The notes: generated from the sequence alone by a model not told the origin. 63,364 nucleotides of DNA, filler included, from Reticulomyxa filosa (GCA_000512085.1; 18 parts of 18 records of this genome joined end to end with filler, not necessarily neighbours in it), one strand, 5' to 3'; shown: positions 39,295 to 55,300, numbered from the whole stretch's first letter. Made by a program: numbers and translations.

Positions 39295-39707
39295 ATGGCT
39301 AAGCATCATCCTGACTTGATTATGTGTCGAAAACAACCAGGCATAGCAATTGGCCGATTATGTGAGAAATGTGACGGTCGATGTGTTGTATGTGATTCGT
39401 ATGTAAGGCCATCAACACTTGTGCGAATTTGCGATGAATGCAACTATGGAAGCTATCATGTCTACAATCACTTTCTTCTCCTTTCCTCCTTTGATAAATT
39501 ATCAATGTTATATCTTGCGAATTTTCTGTTTAACAGGGACGCTGTGTGATTTGCGGTGGACAAGGAATTGCAGACGCATATTATTGCAAAGAGTGCACTG
39601 TTCAAGAAAAAGATAGGGATGGATGTCCCAAGATTGTCAATTTGGGATCTGCTAAAACAGACTTATTCTATGAAAGAAAAAAATATGGTTTTAAAAAGCG
39701 TATTTAA
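39295..39707 (+). CDS. PHF5A: PHD-finger-like domain-containing protein 5A / Rds3 (SF3b subunit), 111 aa; exons 39295-39459 and 39537-39707
   Basis: [39 protein letters not shown]...GSYH|[46 protein letters not shown] is near-identical to known PHF5A. Confidence 0.98.
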
Positions 39708-40317
39708 CTCAAGTCATTGGTCATATATTTTCTAATGAAAAATTGGTTTCTTCATTCTTGTTCGAGCACAACTCCATAAAAGGTTTCGAATTACAAAATC
39801 AATTTAATGGCATTGAATCAATTTATGAACTTTAATCCAAATAATGACTTTTAAAGAAAATTTTATATAAATGTATTCCAAATATCACGTGAGTTTGAAC
39901 TGAAGTTTTAAGGTTCACATTTTCGGTCTACTTCTCATTCTTTAATATTTGTCACTAACTTTTCATGCTAATTTTCTTGATGTGCCAAAAAATGCTTGAG
40001 AAATCTTACCTTCTATAAAATTATTGCTTGCAGAGATAGAAGCAAATTGTTGAAAATAAAGTAATTGAGCATTGTTTAAATTGAACAGAAGAGAAGATGA
40101 TAGTTTGTTATTTTAATAAATATAATTTTGTTTTTTTTGTTTGAGATTTTTCTCCCTCCAAATGAAAGTTGAAATGTTCAAGTCAAAAGATGATTGAGAA
40201 AAATTATACATGCAACTAATTTTGAAAGAATCTATTTTGATCACAGAGATCATTGTTTGTATTTGAAGCTTGTCCTTTTCCTCCGTGGGAGAAAAAAAGA
40301 AAAAAAGAGGTTGAGTA

Positions 40318-43300
40318 ATGAGTAAAGTGCGTAACTTTTTCACTAGTTTCTTTGGAAGAAACAGCGAAAAAGAAGCAGTGTTGCTATCGAGCACAGATGG
40401 AAATCTTTTCCATTCCTTGATACTGGCATATAATCGGATGTATGTTCAATCCCAGTCACCTGAAAAGAATCAAAGTCCCAATAAAGAAAAAGTTGAGCTG
40501 GACAAAGAAAAACAAAAAGGGACAGCCAAGGAAAGATAAAGAGAACGATAAAACAACAACAAAAAAAAAAAGGAAAAGAATACGACAACGGATGCACATC
40601 TGCTACAAATGAATGACAGCGGGAATGGAAATATATCGTCAAATGTGAGCAAAGGTGTTGGAGATGTGGACCCAGTCGGATTGTTAGTTCAAATATTGAA
40701 AATAGCACCGAGACTATCAATGGAAGAAATTGAAGAAGAATGTCTGCAAAATGATATTTTGCAATTTTTGAAAATAATATCATATGAATTTACAAGTCAT
40801 GTATTATCCGAAGAAGAATTGCAAACAATAAGATTTCGAGAGCCTCATTTGTTGACACCCCTTTCTTTGTATTCGTCTGACCTTCTCCTTACCGCTGCAA
40901 ATGTTTTATTCGAGTCTGGTGCTTATGCTTCTTTGTTGCATTTCCCTGCTCCAAAGTTTTGTTGTCAATCTTTTCAAATACTTTTTTTTTTCTTTTAATA
41001 AAGACAATATCTCATGCAAAATTTCGAATAATATAAATCTAAAAAAAAATAAAATACATTTATAAAATAGTCCAAATGAACCCCGACGATCACGTCATTT
41101 TGGATTGTCACGGTCAATGTCCAATGTGACGGATGGATTAAACGATGACAACAAAACCAATTCCAATAGCAATATCAACAATAATAACTCCCTTGCTTTA
41201 CAAAAGCAAAAGAGTGTGGGAGGGTCCGCAGCCCTTCCATTAGCGTATTCCGGCGAATCGAATTCAGACACAACTGGCGCAGTAGGCAAGGGAGACACAG
41301 ATAGGGGCAAAGATAATGATTTAAGTATGGCAATGACGGAACAAAAGACAGAGGAAAACACGAAATTGGAATTTAATACAACAACGACAACGACGACGAC
41401 AACGACAACGACAACAACGACGATGGATTCCGAAATAGCGAAACAAAAAAGACATAGTGAACAGTGGATCGAATGGACATTGGTGCCAATGGGAATGGGT
41501 GATAATAATAATAACAATAGTAATAATATCAAAACAACCGAAGAAGAGAAAAAAACAAAAGAAGAGGAAGAAATGAACTGGTGGACCGAAGAGCAAGAAA
41601 GTCTTTATCATAAAAAAAAAGATATGTACTGTCGATTTACCAATCCTTTTCAATTTGATACGACCAATCCGTATGGGGCATTATTACCCTTTTTTGAGCA
41701 GTTTATAATTCCAGTTGACTCCATCCACTCCAAACAACATCAACAAAGAGTCGATGTGATGAATCAATTTGGATGTTTGGGAAGTTGTTTGTGGAGGATT
41801 TTATACATCTTAAGGTATTCATACATACAATACACATATATATACACATATACATATATATATACATACATATATGTGCATTTAATTTATTTCATTTACT
41901 TATATTCAATCTTTGGATATGCTCAGTCCACGCAGTGTTGATGATCAAAAAGCCCTTGAACAAAGAGACAAAGATTTGGGCGAACATTTGCCAGGACTAT
42001 TACAACGATTGCTTCGATTGATCTTAGAAGTTTGTAAGTACTCGTCGACTGCACTGGAATTGGTCCGAAGTCAACAATTGCAAACGCTATTCTCCACGTT
42101 GTTATTGCCTTGGACCGATCCACACTACGGAGAAACACAAAGCTTTTTTGCTCACCTTACGTGTTCCACCATTTCTTGCATTGTGCTCAACACTTTGGCC
42201 AAGGCACAGGCGACACGCCTAGAAGATGTCTATAATCACTTACACCAGTGTCAATACTTTCCGCTGTTGTTGAGAACATTTATCACCAAGCCAGGTCTAT
42301 TTGTTGTTATTATGTATATAATATACACATGTACGTTCGAAAAAGTGGAAGGAGGAGGGATTGAAATGTAAAGACCTTTTTTTTTTTGCTTTGTTTACAA
42401 TAGAGTTGAATGAAGCGTCATTGGCTTCTTTGGTGACGGCATTGAATGTGATACATTTGTTAATGAAACATTCATCAAGATCCACATATGTGTTGGTTAA
42501 AGATTTCAAAGAAGGAAATGGATTTACGATTTTGCAAAGTTTACTCCTCGTTGCCTCTTCTGCAGGTGACCAGGAACACGACCGAAAAACAAACCAAGTT
42601 TTTGAAAGAATTTCTTTCAAACAGCAAAATTTATTTGTTTCAAATCATTGACATATGTTGATATGAAATGTGAACAGAATCGAGTTGGAATGATCAAATT
42701 TGGAGTAAGCTGTGCATCGTGTTTGATGGATGTGAAAAACGAGTTATTGCAAATGATCAACGACTTGGTGTTTATGGATGACGGAAGCAATGTGAATGAA
42801 TACGACGAGGCGAATAATGAGCTGTTAAACACAAGAACGCAGGAATGGACAGACAAAATGAATACGAAACGATTGGAAAATAGGACCATTATAATCGGTG
42901 ATGAGAAGAGAAATAGTGGTGTGGATGGGACGAAGACGACAATGATAACGACAAATGGTCACGGCAATGCCATGCGTGTTCGCAACAAGACCGCGTTTCT
43001 AATTTTAGAAAAAGTGTACAGCGCTACAGTCAGTCGATGGACGCGAATGGAGATACTAACGCGTATTCTGATCATCATGTATCAGGCATCGAATGTTCAG
43101 TTCATTATCGATCTGCATGCCATTGAACCATTGCTGTTGCGAATGCCCATTGTGGAACAAGACGAACGTAGAAAAGTGGTCTCTATTTTGGAATTTGTCA
43201 TTCAAAGCGTTGACACAGATTCGCCGCCCTTGATCGAATTGAGCACCTTTAAGCATTTATTGCAACAACCAAGTGATCGAGATATCGTGTCCCTGCTGTT

Positions 43301-46300
43301 ACAGACAATTAATAAAATCATCATTGAGAAGCCATCCTATAAGTTGTCTACAGAATTTATTTATTTATTTATTTTTTTGATCAGCTAAATTAATCTCGGT
43401 CATCGTCATACAACAAACAACAATAGACGTACCTTTCGATCGATTGGTGTGGTCGACGTTTTAATGGATCACGTCGAACTTTTGTCTCGATGCGTCGGCG
43501 TGAATAAAGCGACGGATGTTTCTCCGAGATATTTCACTTTGGAAGCCTTGAATGTCGCCTTTGAAATAAGGTCGTGGACAACAAAAGATGTCATTAAATG
43601 GTTCCGCACAGTTGACAATGAGAGATTTGCAAATCGGTTGGATGGATGCATTGAACAGTTGCAAATCGACGGACAAACCTTGTTGAGTCTTGCTAACAAT
43701 GACGAATGGCTACGAAATCAAATAGGATTGCACGACGATGTCGAAAGGAGTATTGTTCAACATGCTTTACATAAACTGAAACTAGTTTCTGTATCACACA
43801 TATACATACACATATATATACATCTATTTCGTCAGTGAAAGGGAGAAGAGAGGAGAGAAAAAAAAAAAAAAAAAGATAAAATGAGTAATTCCACTTGACA
43901 CAGGAGTCTGGAGCGATATTGTTCAATCATCACGATTTATATGTATTAGCAATGGACACATTATTAAATCTTCTCCGAGACAATGAAGAAAATTGTAAAG
44001 TTATGCAAAAAAAAAAAAAAAGTTTAACTTTACTAATGTGCAGTAATTGTTTAAGCAATTAATTTGTTTGTCACAGCTATTTCGACAAAAGCGATGCAAT
44101 CGTGCCGTGTATACGCTACTAAAATCCCCTCCTCACGTCGAAGCCGCAATTAAAGTGATCCGCAATCAAATGGACGAGGACTCTGTCAGCGATATTTTGG
44201 CCTCACTCAACGCAGAAAAGGAGTCATATGAGTTTCGTCTCAACATTTTGGAGGCGCTGCAACAAATGATCAATGATTCACATCCAGCCGCCACAAATAT
44301 AAAAAACTCATGGCACGAACTTGGCGGTTTTGCAACAGTGCTTAGTTTATTCACTTCGTTGGACTCGTTATGGCCGGACTGCGATGAGCGCACATCCCAA
44401 TTGGCGATGGAATTGATCGAAAAATCTTTTACCATGATCATATCTGTTATCAAAAATCATCCCAGAAATCGTACCTATTTTTGGTTTTCCTCGTGGAACA
44501 GTATTGCTGATGCCATCATTGTCACTGGGGTATTGAAATCCACACATTGCAAAACACTATTTCGCATCTTGTTTGCCTTGGCAATGGAAGAGCTCTTCCT
44601 CGATGTCGATGGCGGACATCGTAAACCAAGTCATTTGGGAGTGGTCGCTGTTGCATCATCGCAACAACAGCAAAGTCAACTTCGAAATCAAAAAGAAAAA
44701 GAGTATTTGATCACTCACAGCTTTTACAACCCAAACTGGAATGACGATAATGAATATAACCTATCCAATGAATCCAAAACCTTGGAATCAAACTTTTTAA
44801 AAAATCCAGAAGCGATACTGGTTATTTTGAAAATACTTTCTCTGTGTCCAGAGCAATTGCAACTGCACATTTTTGAAAAATTGTTATCACTCATCAATCT
44901 TTATGTTATCGATAGCAATGGATACAAATGTTTATTGTTAAGGAATAAACAGCTACTTGCCGAAGTTGATGTCATGTCCTTGTTTATTATTTCTATCAAT
45001 CACATATGCATATACACATTATATATACATATATGCATATGTTGTTTACTTCTTTTGTTTTCAGCAAGGGACAATACAACAAGTGTACGATCTATATTCC
45101 GAAATTTTGGAATCCTCTGCAAATACTCCATTGCGAAGAGTTTTGAACCAATTTATTGTTGGTATGTTTATTTGTTTTTTGAATTTCATTTCCTCTTCTT
45201 CTTCTTTTGGCTCTATTTTCTTGAATCAATGCATTTATTCCTAAAAAAAAAAAAGTGCTTATATTTGCATACACAACGCAACTAAAACTCTTACATATAA
45301 GAATTGGGCTCCCATCATTTGTCACCAGCAGAACTGAATGTAGTATTGACATGGGCCCGTGAACACAATGAGCGTTACCGCCACGTGATGCAATTTTTAA
45401 GTGGCGAACATAAATTCCCTTTTTTCGAGTTGGAGTGCTTTAGTCATCGTATCGCATGCATCAAAATGGCAGGGCAGTCACATTTCAGTGTGGCTCCAGA
45501 AAAAGGCTTTTCCACCGCATTTTGGTTTAATCTGCGCAGTGGCAGTCATCTGACTCCAGAATTGATGCTCTGCAGCATTTCAAAGAGTAGCTCGTCTATG
45601 AATCTGTTGGACCTTCGCTATCATTGCACCAATGGCAGCATGATTATCAAATTAGGTAATCAAGAGCCAAACGATTATTTGATATGTCCGAATGTGAAAT
45701 TGCAACCTCATCGATGGTATCACATTTGTGTAATTTTCCAGTTATTTTCGACTTCGACCATGGCCAACGTAAAATATAAAAATAAACCAACCTTTGACAT
45801 ATTGCTGTATATCAATGGAATCAAATACAAACATTTCAATCAGCCCATTTTACTAATAAAAAAAGACGAGCCGACGGGAAATGAAAAATCAGAGGCCATT
45901 ATGCCACATAAAATTATGTATGGATCGCTGCTGCAGCCTTGTGATTGCAAGCTCACCATTGGTGTGGATTCTAAGCACTTGGTGAAACAGCATCGACCCA
46001 CAACAACGATCGCAGCAGGGTCAGAAGCAATGGTGTGGTGGATTGGCTCCATCTTTGTCTTCAATGGTGTCTTGTCCCAAAAGCAAGTGGGATTCATATT
46101 CGGCGCAGGAACGGATTATGAAGGCACTTTCCATGCTGCTCGAGGAGTTAGTTATATCCAAGAAAAACAAGAAAAGATAAGCCATTGTCCGAGTCGCATC
46201 GACACATTGCCGCCGATTGCTTGTTCGTTTCATCCACATTGTCATTATACCTTTGCTGAAGCACGAAGAGTGCTGTTGTCCAATCGAACGGATTTAGAGC

Positions 46301-49300
46301 CAGAAGAACTTTCTCCGTTTCTGTTGGAAGCCAATGCCATTGAAAAGTCCCCTCTAGAGGAAATTGTCAACATTGCCGGCCTGCGATCTCCTGGAGGAAT
46401 TATCAAAAACACTGCTCACGAATTGAATGCACGAATCACTTATCAAGGACCTTATGCTTATTTGAATGGAGGAGTTACCTGTATCCGTCCAATCGCATTG
46501 GAAGATGCGATTCGCTATGTGGGAGGCGTTGAAGTTAAGCAAATGGGACTTTCATATTGCCTTTACTTATCCAAAGAGAGAGACAATATTAATACACTCC
46601 AAGTCTCAAATATTGTGACCCACACACACACACCTTGTATACAATAAAGAATTTATTTGGATTCTTGACCCGTGCACATTCTTCCAAAGCAATGATTGAT
46701 CACTGCGCGATATTGGCAACGTTTTTGGCCAATAATCCGAGAAACTTGATGGATATGGCCAGGATCGGAGGATACGAAATGCTCGGCAACATATTGCGAG
46801 AAAAGCATGAATTGATAACTGAAGAGTTGGTACCAGTGCTAATGTCAATGGTCACCAATACCATTCCAAAAACGATTCGAGAACATTTTGCGCGAAGTCG
46901 TAATTTAACACGCGAGGTGCGCATATCCGAATCCACAATTGCTCTGTATAACCATGTTGGATGTCCTGTGTCTTCCTATAAGAAAAGAATCCACGCAGTT
47001 GCACCGACAGCCACCGCATCCCTCGAATTGTTGGCCGGGATGGACCATCCTGTTCGTGCAATCCATTACAGTCGAGCCATGGATGGACACTCCATGGAGA
47101 TTACTACCTCGCCATCATCACATCGCAATAGTGTTCGTCATTCCACCGTGACAACGATTACTGTCGATTCAATGCTTAGCGATCCTTCTATTACTTCAGC
47201 TGATCACAACATCTCCATTGGCACAAATGGCGATGATGCGTCCATGGGACTAGATTACAGAGAGTTTCATCAGAAAGGGCTCTCCTTGTTGGAATTACCT
47301 ATCGTGATTGAACGGCGATATGTGCAAGAATTTTCGGGGATGACAATGAATGGCAGAGATTACGGTGGAGGCTATGACGATGATGAATTTGAAGAAAAAC
47401 AACATTTCGAAAGGAACATAAAAGAACGTTTCCAGAACAATCGTTATGCCACTGAGGAAATTTTACTCGCAAATACTCTGCTGATGAAACACGTGATACT
47501 GGATTTTGAAATATGGAGCCAGGTTGCAACCAATATTCAAAGTGCGTTATACGGGTGGTTGACGGAGTTATGTATGACTGGTCCTTCCATGGCAAGTATG
47601 GAAGGGATGCAAAATGCATTGCAATTGAGTCGTATCAGTGGCTTGTCAGCAACAACCCAACCACAATTACAGTCACAATCACAATCACAATTACAACAAT
47701 CTTTGAAGATGGCATCGTCGCAATCCTTGAGAAAATGGAATGCAATGCGATTGCGAGATATCGAATCAATGGATGATATATTGTACATATTGTCACATGA
47801 ACAAGCTAATACAAAGACTAAAATGGCCATGTTCCAGTTTGCAGAGCGTTTGATAATGGAAAACTTTCGAGAAGAAGAATTGCAATTAATTGCGGCGTTC
47901 CTTGTTCATCACGCCGTAGAATCGGAATACGAATACTCGCAGTCTCTTTCAATGGCCAAAGCCAAGCCTGTCAAGAAAGACAAATTCCAAGATGATTGGG
48001 CGGCTTTGCGGAAACAGAGATTTGATGCCAAAACAAAATCCCAAATCAGTTTCAATGTGGAGAAAAAAGACCTATTGAACGTGAAGAAGACCCACAACAG
48101 CGGTCACGACACTGTCGAAAAAAAGAAACACTCACGAAATGTTTGGATGTGGCATCAAATTGAAGGCTCAATGAAACACGCCGATATTGTCGTCGAATTC
48201 ATGAAAATACTCTTTGTTTATATTCACAATAATGCCATTCACGCGAAAAGTTTTAATGTATCAAAAGAGGGACATATCAACACTAACAACAACAACAATA
48301 ACAAGACTCAAAGCAACAAATTAAACGCATCAATGAGTAATGACATTTTATTGAAACGTTCCAAAGATATGTCGGTGAGCAATTCGAATGTTAAACATTC
48401 TTTTGATAGCTATTACCACAATACTCCCCATTCTCCGGAGAGGAGCGGAACCGTGTCCTTTTCCTCACTTGTTGGAAATGTGTTAATTGATACTGACTTT
48501 TTAAACAACTTTGCAAAAATGTGTGAAAAGTTAAACATCTTTTGGTTCGCAAAGTTACTTTCTCCGATATTGGGTGGACAAGTCAACCGGGCTGCATTGT
48601 GCGTTTTAAACAAAATTATGACCAATTCCAACGATTATATGACTGCATTTCACGTATGTTATCCATAAGACAAACTACCATTTTTTCCTCTTTTTCGACT
48701 AAATGGATAAAAAAACACACACATACATATATACCCATATACACATATAGGAAATGAGTGGATTCCAGATATTGGCATTATTACTACCAAGATTAGAGCC
48801 TCATCCACGAGTATGGATATTCCTCTTTAGTTTGCTGTTTGGAATGGAGCCTCTAAAATGCAGTGCGGTAAACACGCGACTGCCGTTGCCTTTTACGGCA
48901 CATTCTTTTGGGGAGATGTTTCAATTGGCAAAGATGAACGAATTTCAAAATAAGTTTGTCGAACAAACGTTGGCTTTATTGTTATCTGTGATTCATGATT
49001 ATGTCCAACTCGCGATATCCGGATACAATATCGACATCGGTTATGCAGTAATCGCAACCAAGTTTTTATGGCAAGGGCTGAGAAGTAACAAACATATTCG
49101 CGATGCGTTTTTATTTGATGACAGCGCACACGTTGAGTTCTTGGTGTCCATTTTGTTTGATATCGCCTATGCCAAAATGATTCATCAATGGATACTCCGT
49201 GGCGGATTCGGTAGTGGCCGAGTCTCGTTGTATTTGTCGCCCTCGGCTATGCCTGAGTTGGACAATGTCCTGGCGTCATTGCTGATCAAACTGTTGGAAG

Positions 49301-52300
49301 AAAGAATTCAAAAGCACAAAGTCTATCCATTCTTTGGTCGCATTATGACAGTTTTGTCTGTGTGCTTTTCAATGTAAGTCTTGCGCTGTCATGTTTTGCA
49401 CGCGTACATATATGTATATATGTACATAAACGAACAAATACAAAGGCGTTTCCAATTCGAAAAGTTAAAAAAGATCAACAGTCCCACGATCAAAAGAGAC
49501 TGATTCAACTTTATTCGGTCAAAATGGTGTGTGCGTTGTTGCAAAGATTGCAGGCTCTCACTGATAAGAGTTGAGCATTGTACGTTTGTTTGTGTTGGAT
49601 TGCGACTAAACACTTATGTACATGTGCATGCACGTGAATAGAATTATTGCTTGGTAATCTGATGTTCGCAAGCAACGTTCTTTACTTAATTGAAATATGT
49701 TCGTCCTCATTACAAAATAACTTTGCGTTCAACTTGCTTCCACGAAAGGCCACAAACGAAAAAAAGAAAGCGAAGCCAAGTCGTCGTCGTACGCAAGGGA
49801 CCAAAAAAACAGAAAACAACGAAGTGGATTCTCCCCCCGTTTCTCCTCGACCACAGACATCTTTGACAGTGGATAGGCCATCTTTGCGCAAAGAAAGACG
49901 ACACTCGTTTAGTGGAAACTCGATAGAACTTGGACAGTTGCGAGTCAAGGCCATGGCAATTAAAACCCCTCCATCTACAGAGTCCTTTCCGGCCACACAT
50001 ACAAAAGTGATGAGGGATGCCTCCCTGGTCCTTAATTCCGATACCAAACAGAACACTTTGCGATCAGAAAGTATCACACATCATTCGAATATCAGCAACT
50101 CCTCTTTCTTGGAGCAAATCCCTCTACCCTTCAAAATAATGAGGAGATTCTTGTACATTTTACAAGTGTGCAAGTCTGCATTGGATGATCGAATGATAAC
50201 AGACCAAAGGAAATCCAAAGTGGACGAGCGAGGATCCTCTCAAAATGATTTGGAGCGATTGTATCATACGTGTCGTAAAACTGTTCAGAGCATTTTGATC
50301 TTTTTCATTCACAAATCGTCCGAATTGCCAAATAATCATCGACACTTGGAGAAATTGTTACCATTGGTCATTGAGTATCAACAAGTATGTATACATGTGC
50401 ATGTGTGTTGTATGTTCTGCATGTGAAAAGCATGTTTGTACAATGGATAACATGTAGGTATTATTTTTCACGGACGTGAGCGAATCAGACTTTTTCTTTG
50501 TTGGTTTGATGCACGTATTAACGAAATTGCTGACAAATGTCGCAAGATATGGCGACAAGACGAGCTCGTCTCACACAAAAGAGCGACTAGTACAACATTG
50601 TTTGAACGTGTGGGATTGTGTCTTGATGTATCAGTCTCACTTTTTAAACCGTTATTTAAACAAAGAGCCCGAGCTAAATGAAAAGCTACGCTTGATTGTA
50701 ACCAAGCGATCATTATTTTTGCAATGGCTGAGAAAAAGTGGGCTGTCGAAAGCACAAACGACATTGGAAGCTATTTTTGGCAAATTATGGAACGATCGTC
50801 ATTTGAATGAAATAAATTTGCTTCGAGAAAAATTTGAAAAGGATCGGAGTCAATCAAAAATACAACATGAAAATTTATTGCTGTATGAAGGTAAAATAAA
50901 GTCAGTGCCATTGCATATTCGTCATGGAAATGCAAATGCAAGTGGACGAATTAAAGAGCTGCAATCGATTGAATACGCAAGACAATTGGCAAGACAACAG
51001 CAGTTTTATTATCGAGATCTGTTTTGTCGCAACAAAGGATTTGAACTAATTGTATTGAAATTGCGAATCCAAAGCGCTTTGTGGCAACAATGGACTAATT
51101 TGCCGTGGGATGAAGCGTGGTGTGTGGATTTCGTAGAAGGCCCTCATCGCATGCGCAAGCTCTTGAAACGTCATACCAAATTCATTCGCACGTACAAAGC
51201 CAATCGAAAACAATTTTTAGAGTTGTTGCAAAAATTAGAGTCCATGCAACGCTTTATGAAAGAGTATTACTCGGTTCACGACACTTATTATCGTCAGCAA
51301 ACTCGACAAAAAGCGCAAAAACAAAAGTTACATGCATTGACCACGCCCAATTTGAAGAAAAAGAGTAGCTCCAATTTGCAGAGTTTAAGTGACGATGGTC
51401 AAAATAAGACAAGTTTGTCCCAGCCTTCCGGAGATGACGAGGACATATCTGTCGAAAAATCACTTGGGTCTTCGCTGGCGGAGCAAGAGTCTGCAGAATC
51501 CAATGATTGTAAGTCGACAGACGAAACGGGAGATGAAGAAAACGAGGAATTGCCATCACCACAGCAATCGTCGTTGGACAACGATCATGACAAAGAGCGA
51601 GATACCATTTCCGTACGAGCACAGCGTTCCAAATCCAGCTTCCAACGTAATGGTTCCAAAAGTGCCTCCAATCTCAAATCGCGAATGGTTAAACCCAAAG
51701 TCCAACTTCCAGAACGAACAACCAATTTGTCCAAGGACGAATCCAATGAAGACACCAATGGCGGAAGCGGCCTCTCTCCAATCACACCGCCTCCTCTTCT
51801 CTCGTCTCAGATTTATAGAGATGAGGAGGACGAGGCAAACGACGAGAGCAAGTTTGAGATGGCTTTGCGCTTGAGCAATCCCAACACTCCTGCAGGCTCC
51901 ACTATCACTCAAAAGAATTTGTCTCCTTACGAAGACAGTCCAACACACGACAAAACGGATTTGAAGTTACGCGAAAACAAAGACAAAACGGTGAGCAAAC
52001 GTGCAAAGATTGTGAAAAAGAAAGCTCGTCAAGACGAAGAGGAAGAGGAAGACGATGAAGAAGAAGACGAAGAAGACGAAGACGAAGAAGACAATAGAGA
52101 CGAAGAAGAAGAACAAAGGGGATATCAACCGGATGACAATGGAAGTGAGGACAACAAATGGATGGAAGAGTCGAGTTACAATGATGTCGTGGAGAGTGAA
52201 GAAAAGCAAATGCACAATATAAACTACGCACTTGGAGAGGAGATTCCGTTATTGGAGTCGCAAGCCAAAGAGATCACGCAATTTCATTTGCGGAAAAACG

Positions 52301-55300
52301 ACAGCACATTAGGAATTGTCGATCGTATGTCTCGTGTTTTGGGACCAGGAGATGTGTTTGACCGCAAACACATTTACAATTGCAGTACAATTAGCGGCCT
52401 CAACGAAGATCATGGCATCGTCTTATTGTGTCGTACTGCAATGTATTTTTTTTATCGCATTCGAATAGTTGTGGAAACTGGTATGAACGAAAAGAACAAA
52501 GAAAGAAGACAACATACACTTTTATTATTGTTGTATTAGCCAGTTATTTCGATCATTTTTTTTCTTTTGAGGATTCACACATTAAAAAAAAAAACAGGTG
52601 AATTAAAGGAAATTGAGCCCAATTTACGACATCAAGTTGCATTTACAACCTCATTTGAAATGACAGATCCCGAATTAGGCCCATTGCTCACAGTAAAAAA
52701 AATACGATCGATGGCGGATAATACGTCTTCATACAAAAATAACAGTAAACTGGGCCGAGACGATGAAAAGCAGAGAGGAGTTCCAAGCGCGAAACATAAA
52801 AATGTAGGTAGCCTGCAAGCAAAAAGTACAGAGCCAGATAACCACACAGAGTTGAGTGGATTTGAAGAAGCGACAGAAAACAAAGAACCTTTACGGTTTT
52901 CCTATGACAGCCTAAGGCACGTGTATAAGCGTCAATATCAATTGCAACAAATTGCTATCGAATTTTTCTTATTCAATGGCTCCAACTTTTTGCTCATATT
53001 TCCTAAGCGACAGTTGATTTATAAATGCAAGAAAGGAGGAAAGGACATATACACATATGCTAATATCCTTATTTTTCTCTCCCTTTTGTTGGATAATGTG
53101 CTTTTTGTGTTTAGCGAACGGGACGCGGTGTTCGAAGAAGTGCAAAATGCCGAGTTTTTTAAGCAGCGACAACAACACAGCGACCAACAATTGGAAATGG
53201 GTAATTTGAAAACGATAACAACTGGCCAAACTAGTGACACGCTCCATCACATTCAGGCGACCCAGCAACGCACAAGGTTCCAAATGGTGGCAGAGAGCTT
53301 CGGTCGAGTGGCAGATAACATCAGTGTCGTCACGAAGCGATGGGAGAATGGTCACATGTCCAACTTTGCTTATTTAATGTTTTTAAACACTTTGGCAGGG
53401 CGTTCTTACAATGACATCACGCAATATCCTGTATTTCCTTGGATTTTACGAGACTACGAAAGCGAAGTCCTTAATTTGGCTAATCCATCTATCTACAGAG
53501 ATCTAACCAAACCAATGGGTGCACAAACCGAGCCTAGGGCTTCAGAGTTCAAAGAACGTTTTGAAACATGGGAAGATCCCACTGGCAAAGCACCCCCTTG
53601 GCATTACGGTAGTCACTATTCATGTGCCGCCATTGTTCTTTATTTCTTAATTCGATTGGAACCGTTTACAAAGTTTGCAAACAAAAAACAAATTTGTTGT
53701 ATAAACCATCGACTGGTAATATCTGATCTCTCTCTCTTTGTGTATGTGTATGTGTATGTAAGAATCGCATTGGAATTGCAAGGTGGCAGATTTGATCATG
53801 CAGATCGTTTGTTCAGCAGCATTCCATACAGTTGGCAGTTAGCATCCGAACACGGAGGTATGCAAGATGTGAAAGAATTGATCCCAGAGTTTTTTTATTT
53901 GTCTCATTTCTTGACCAACATTAATCGCTTTAATTTTCACAAGACTGAGAAGGAAATTGTTATTGACGATGTTGTGCTCCCTCGGTGGGCTTGTGGAGAC
54001 CCAGAGAGATTCATTCGTCTTCATCGCGAAGCGCTGGAGAGTCCATACGTTTCTCAAAATTTGCACAATTGGATTGACTTAATATTTGGCTATAAACAAC
54101 GAGGAGACGCTGCAGTGGAAGCTTTAAATGTATTTTATTATCTAACTTATGAGGGAGCTGAAGATTTGGAGGCAATTGAAGATGAAGTTGAAAAGCAGGG
54201 TAAAATTGCCCATATCAATAACTTTGGTCAGGTACCGGTCAATTGTAACATGTCCATATATGTTTGTGTGCAAAGGATTTTTTTCTCTTGTTGATAGTTT
54301 GAAATGGCATTGCACAGACCCCAAAACAATTATTTACCAAACCGCATCCGCAGCGAAAAGTAGTTAATCCTTTGATTAACATTTATTCTCAACCAGATTT
54401 ATTACAATCAAGTGACGTACCAACTCCTGCAAACAGCGCTGGAGTGAGTTTCTTGAGTGTATTGCCCGATATGAAAGTTGTCTACGCGTTTGGAAATGAG
54501 CTGTTGGTTCCACCTGAATTTAAATACTCGATTAAATGGGGATTTCCAGATCGTAGTTTACGCGTGTTATATAAAAATGAATTAGCTACAGTATTCGAAG
54601 ATGTGGTCTGTGGTGAAGATGGGCAAGTGAGCTCTGTAATCATTTCCGATGATGGAACAACCTTGTTCACTGGCAACACGACAGGCTTGATCAACGTATG
54701 GAGATTAAAAACAGAGTCACGTGGAGACAGGCGCAGATCAGCACATGCAACGTTGGCGTTGCGTAGTCGATTGTATGGACACAGTGACCAAATTACATGT
54801 ATGTCTCACAGTAAAGATTATCGAATTTTGGCCAGTGGAAGCAAGGATCACACTGTCATTATTTGGGATTTGAATACATTTCAATTTTTGCACCGATTGG
54901 AAGGGCATGTTCAAAGTATATCTTGTGTCGCCATTCATAATGTTACTGGTTAGGAATTTACTTTATTCCATGATTTTTTATTATAATTATTAAATTAAAA
55001 CAAAAATAAAATAACAGGGGACATTTTTGTTGCGGCGGGGCAAGTGATAAGTGCATGGACAATAAATGGTGAATTATTGGCTTATGTGATCACTGGAAAA
55101 TCTATCTATCACAGTGTCTCTTCGATGTCCGTCACCAACTTACGTGATTGGCAGCCCAGTCAATGCTGCACCTTGATCACAGGACACAAAGACGGGTCAT
55201 TGAGATTCTGGTCGCTACTTATTCCAAACGGTGCAAAAGAAGTTTTAGATCAAAAACAGGTAATCAAACCAGCTGATGAAGATAACGTTACAGAAATTGA

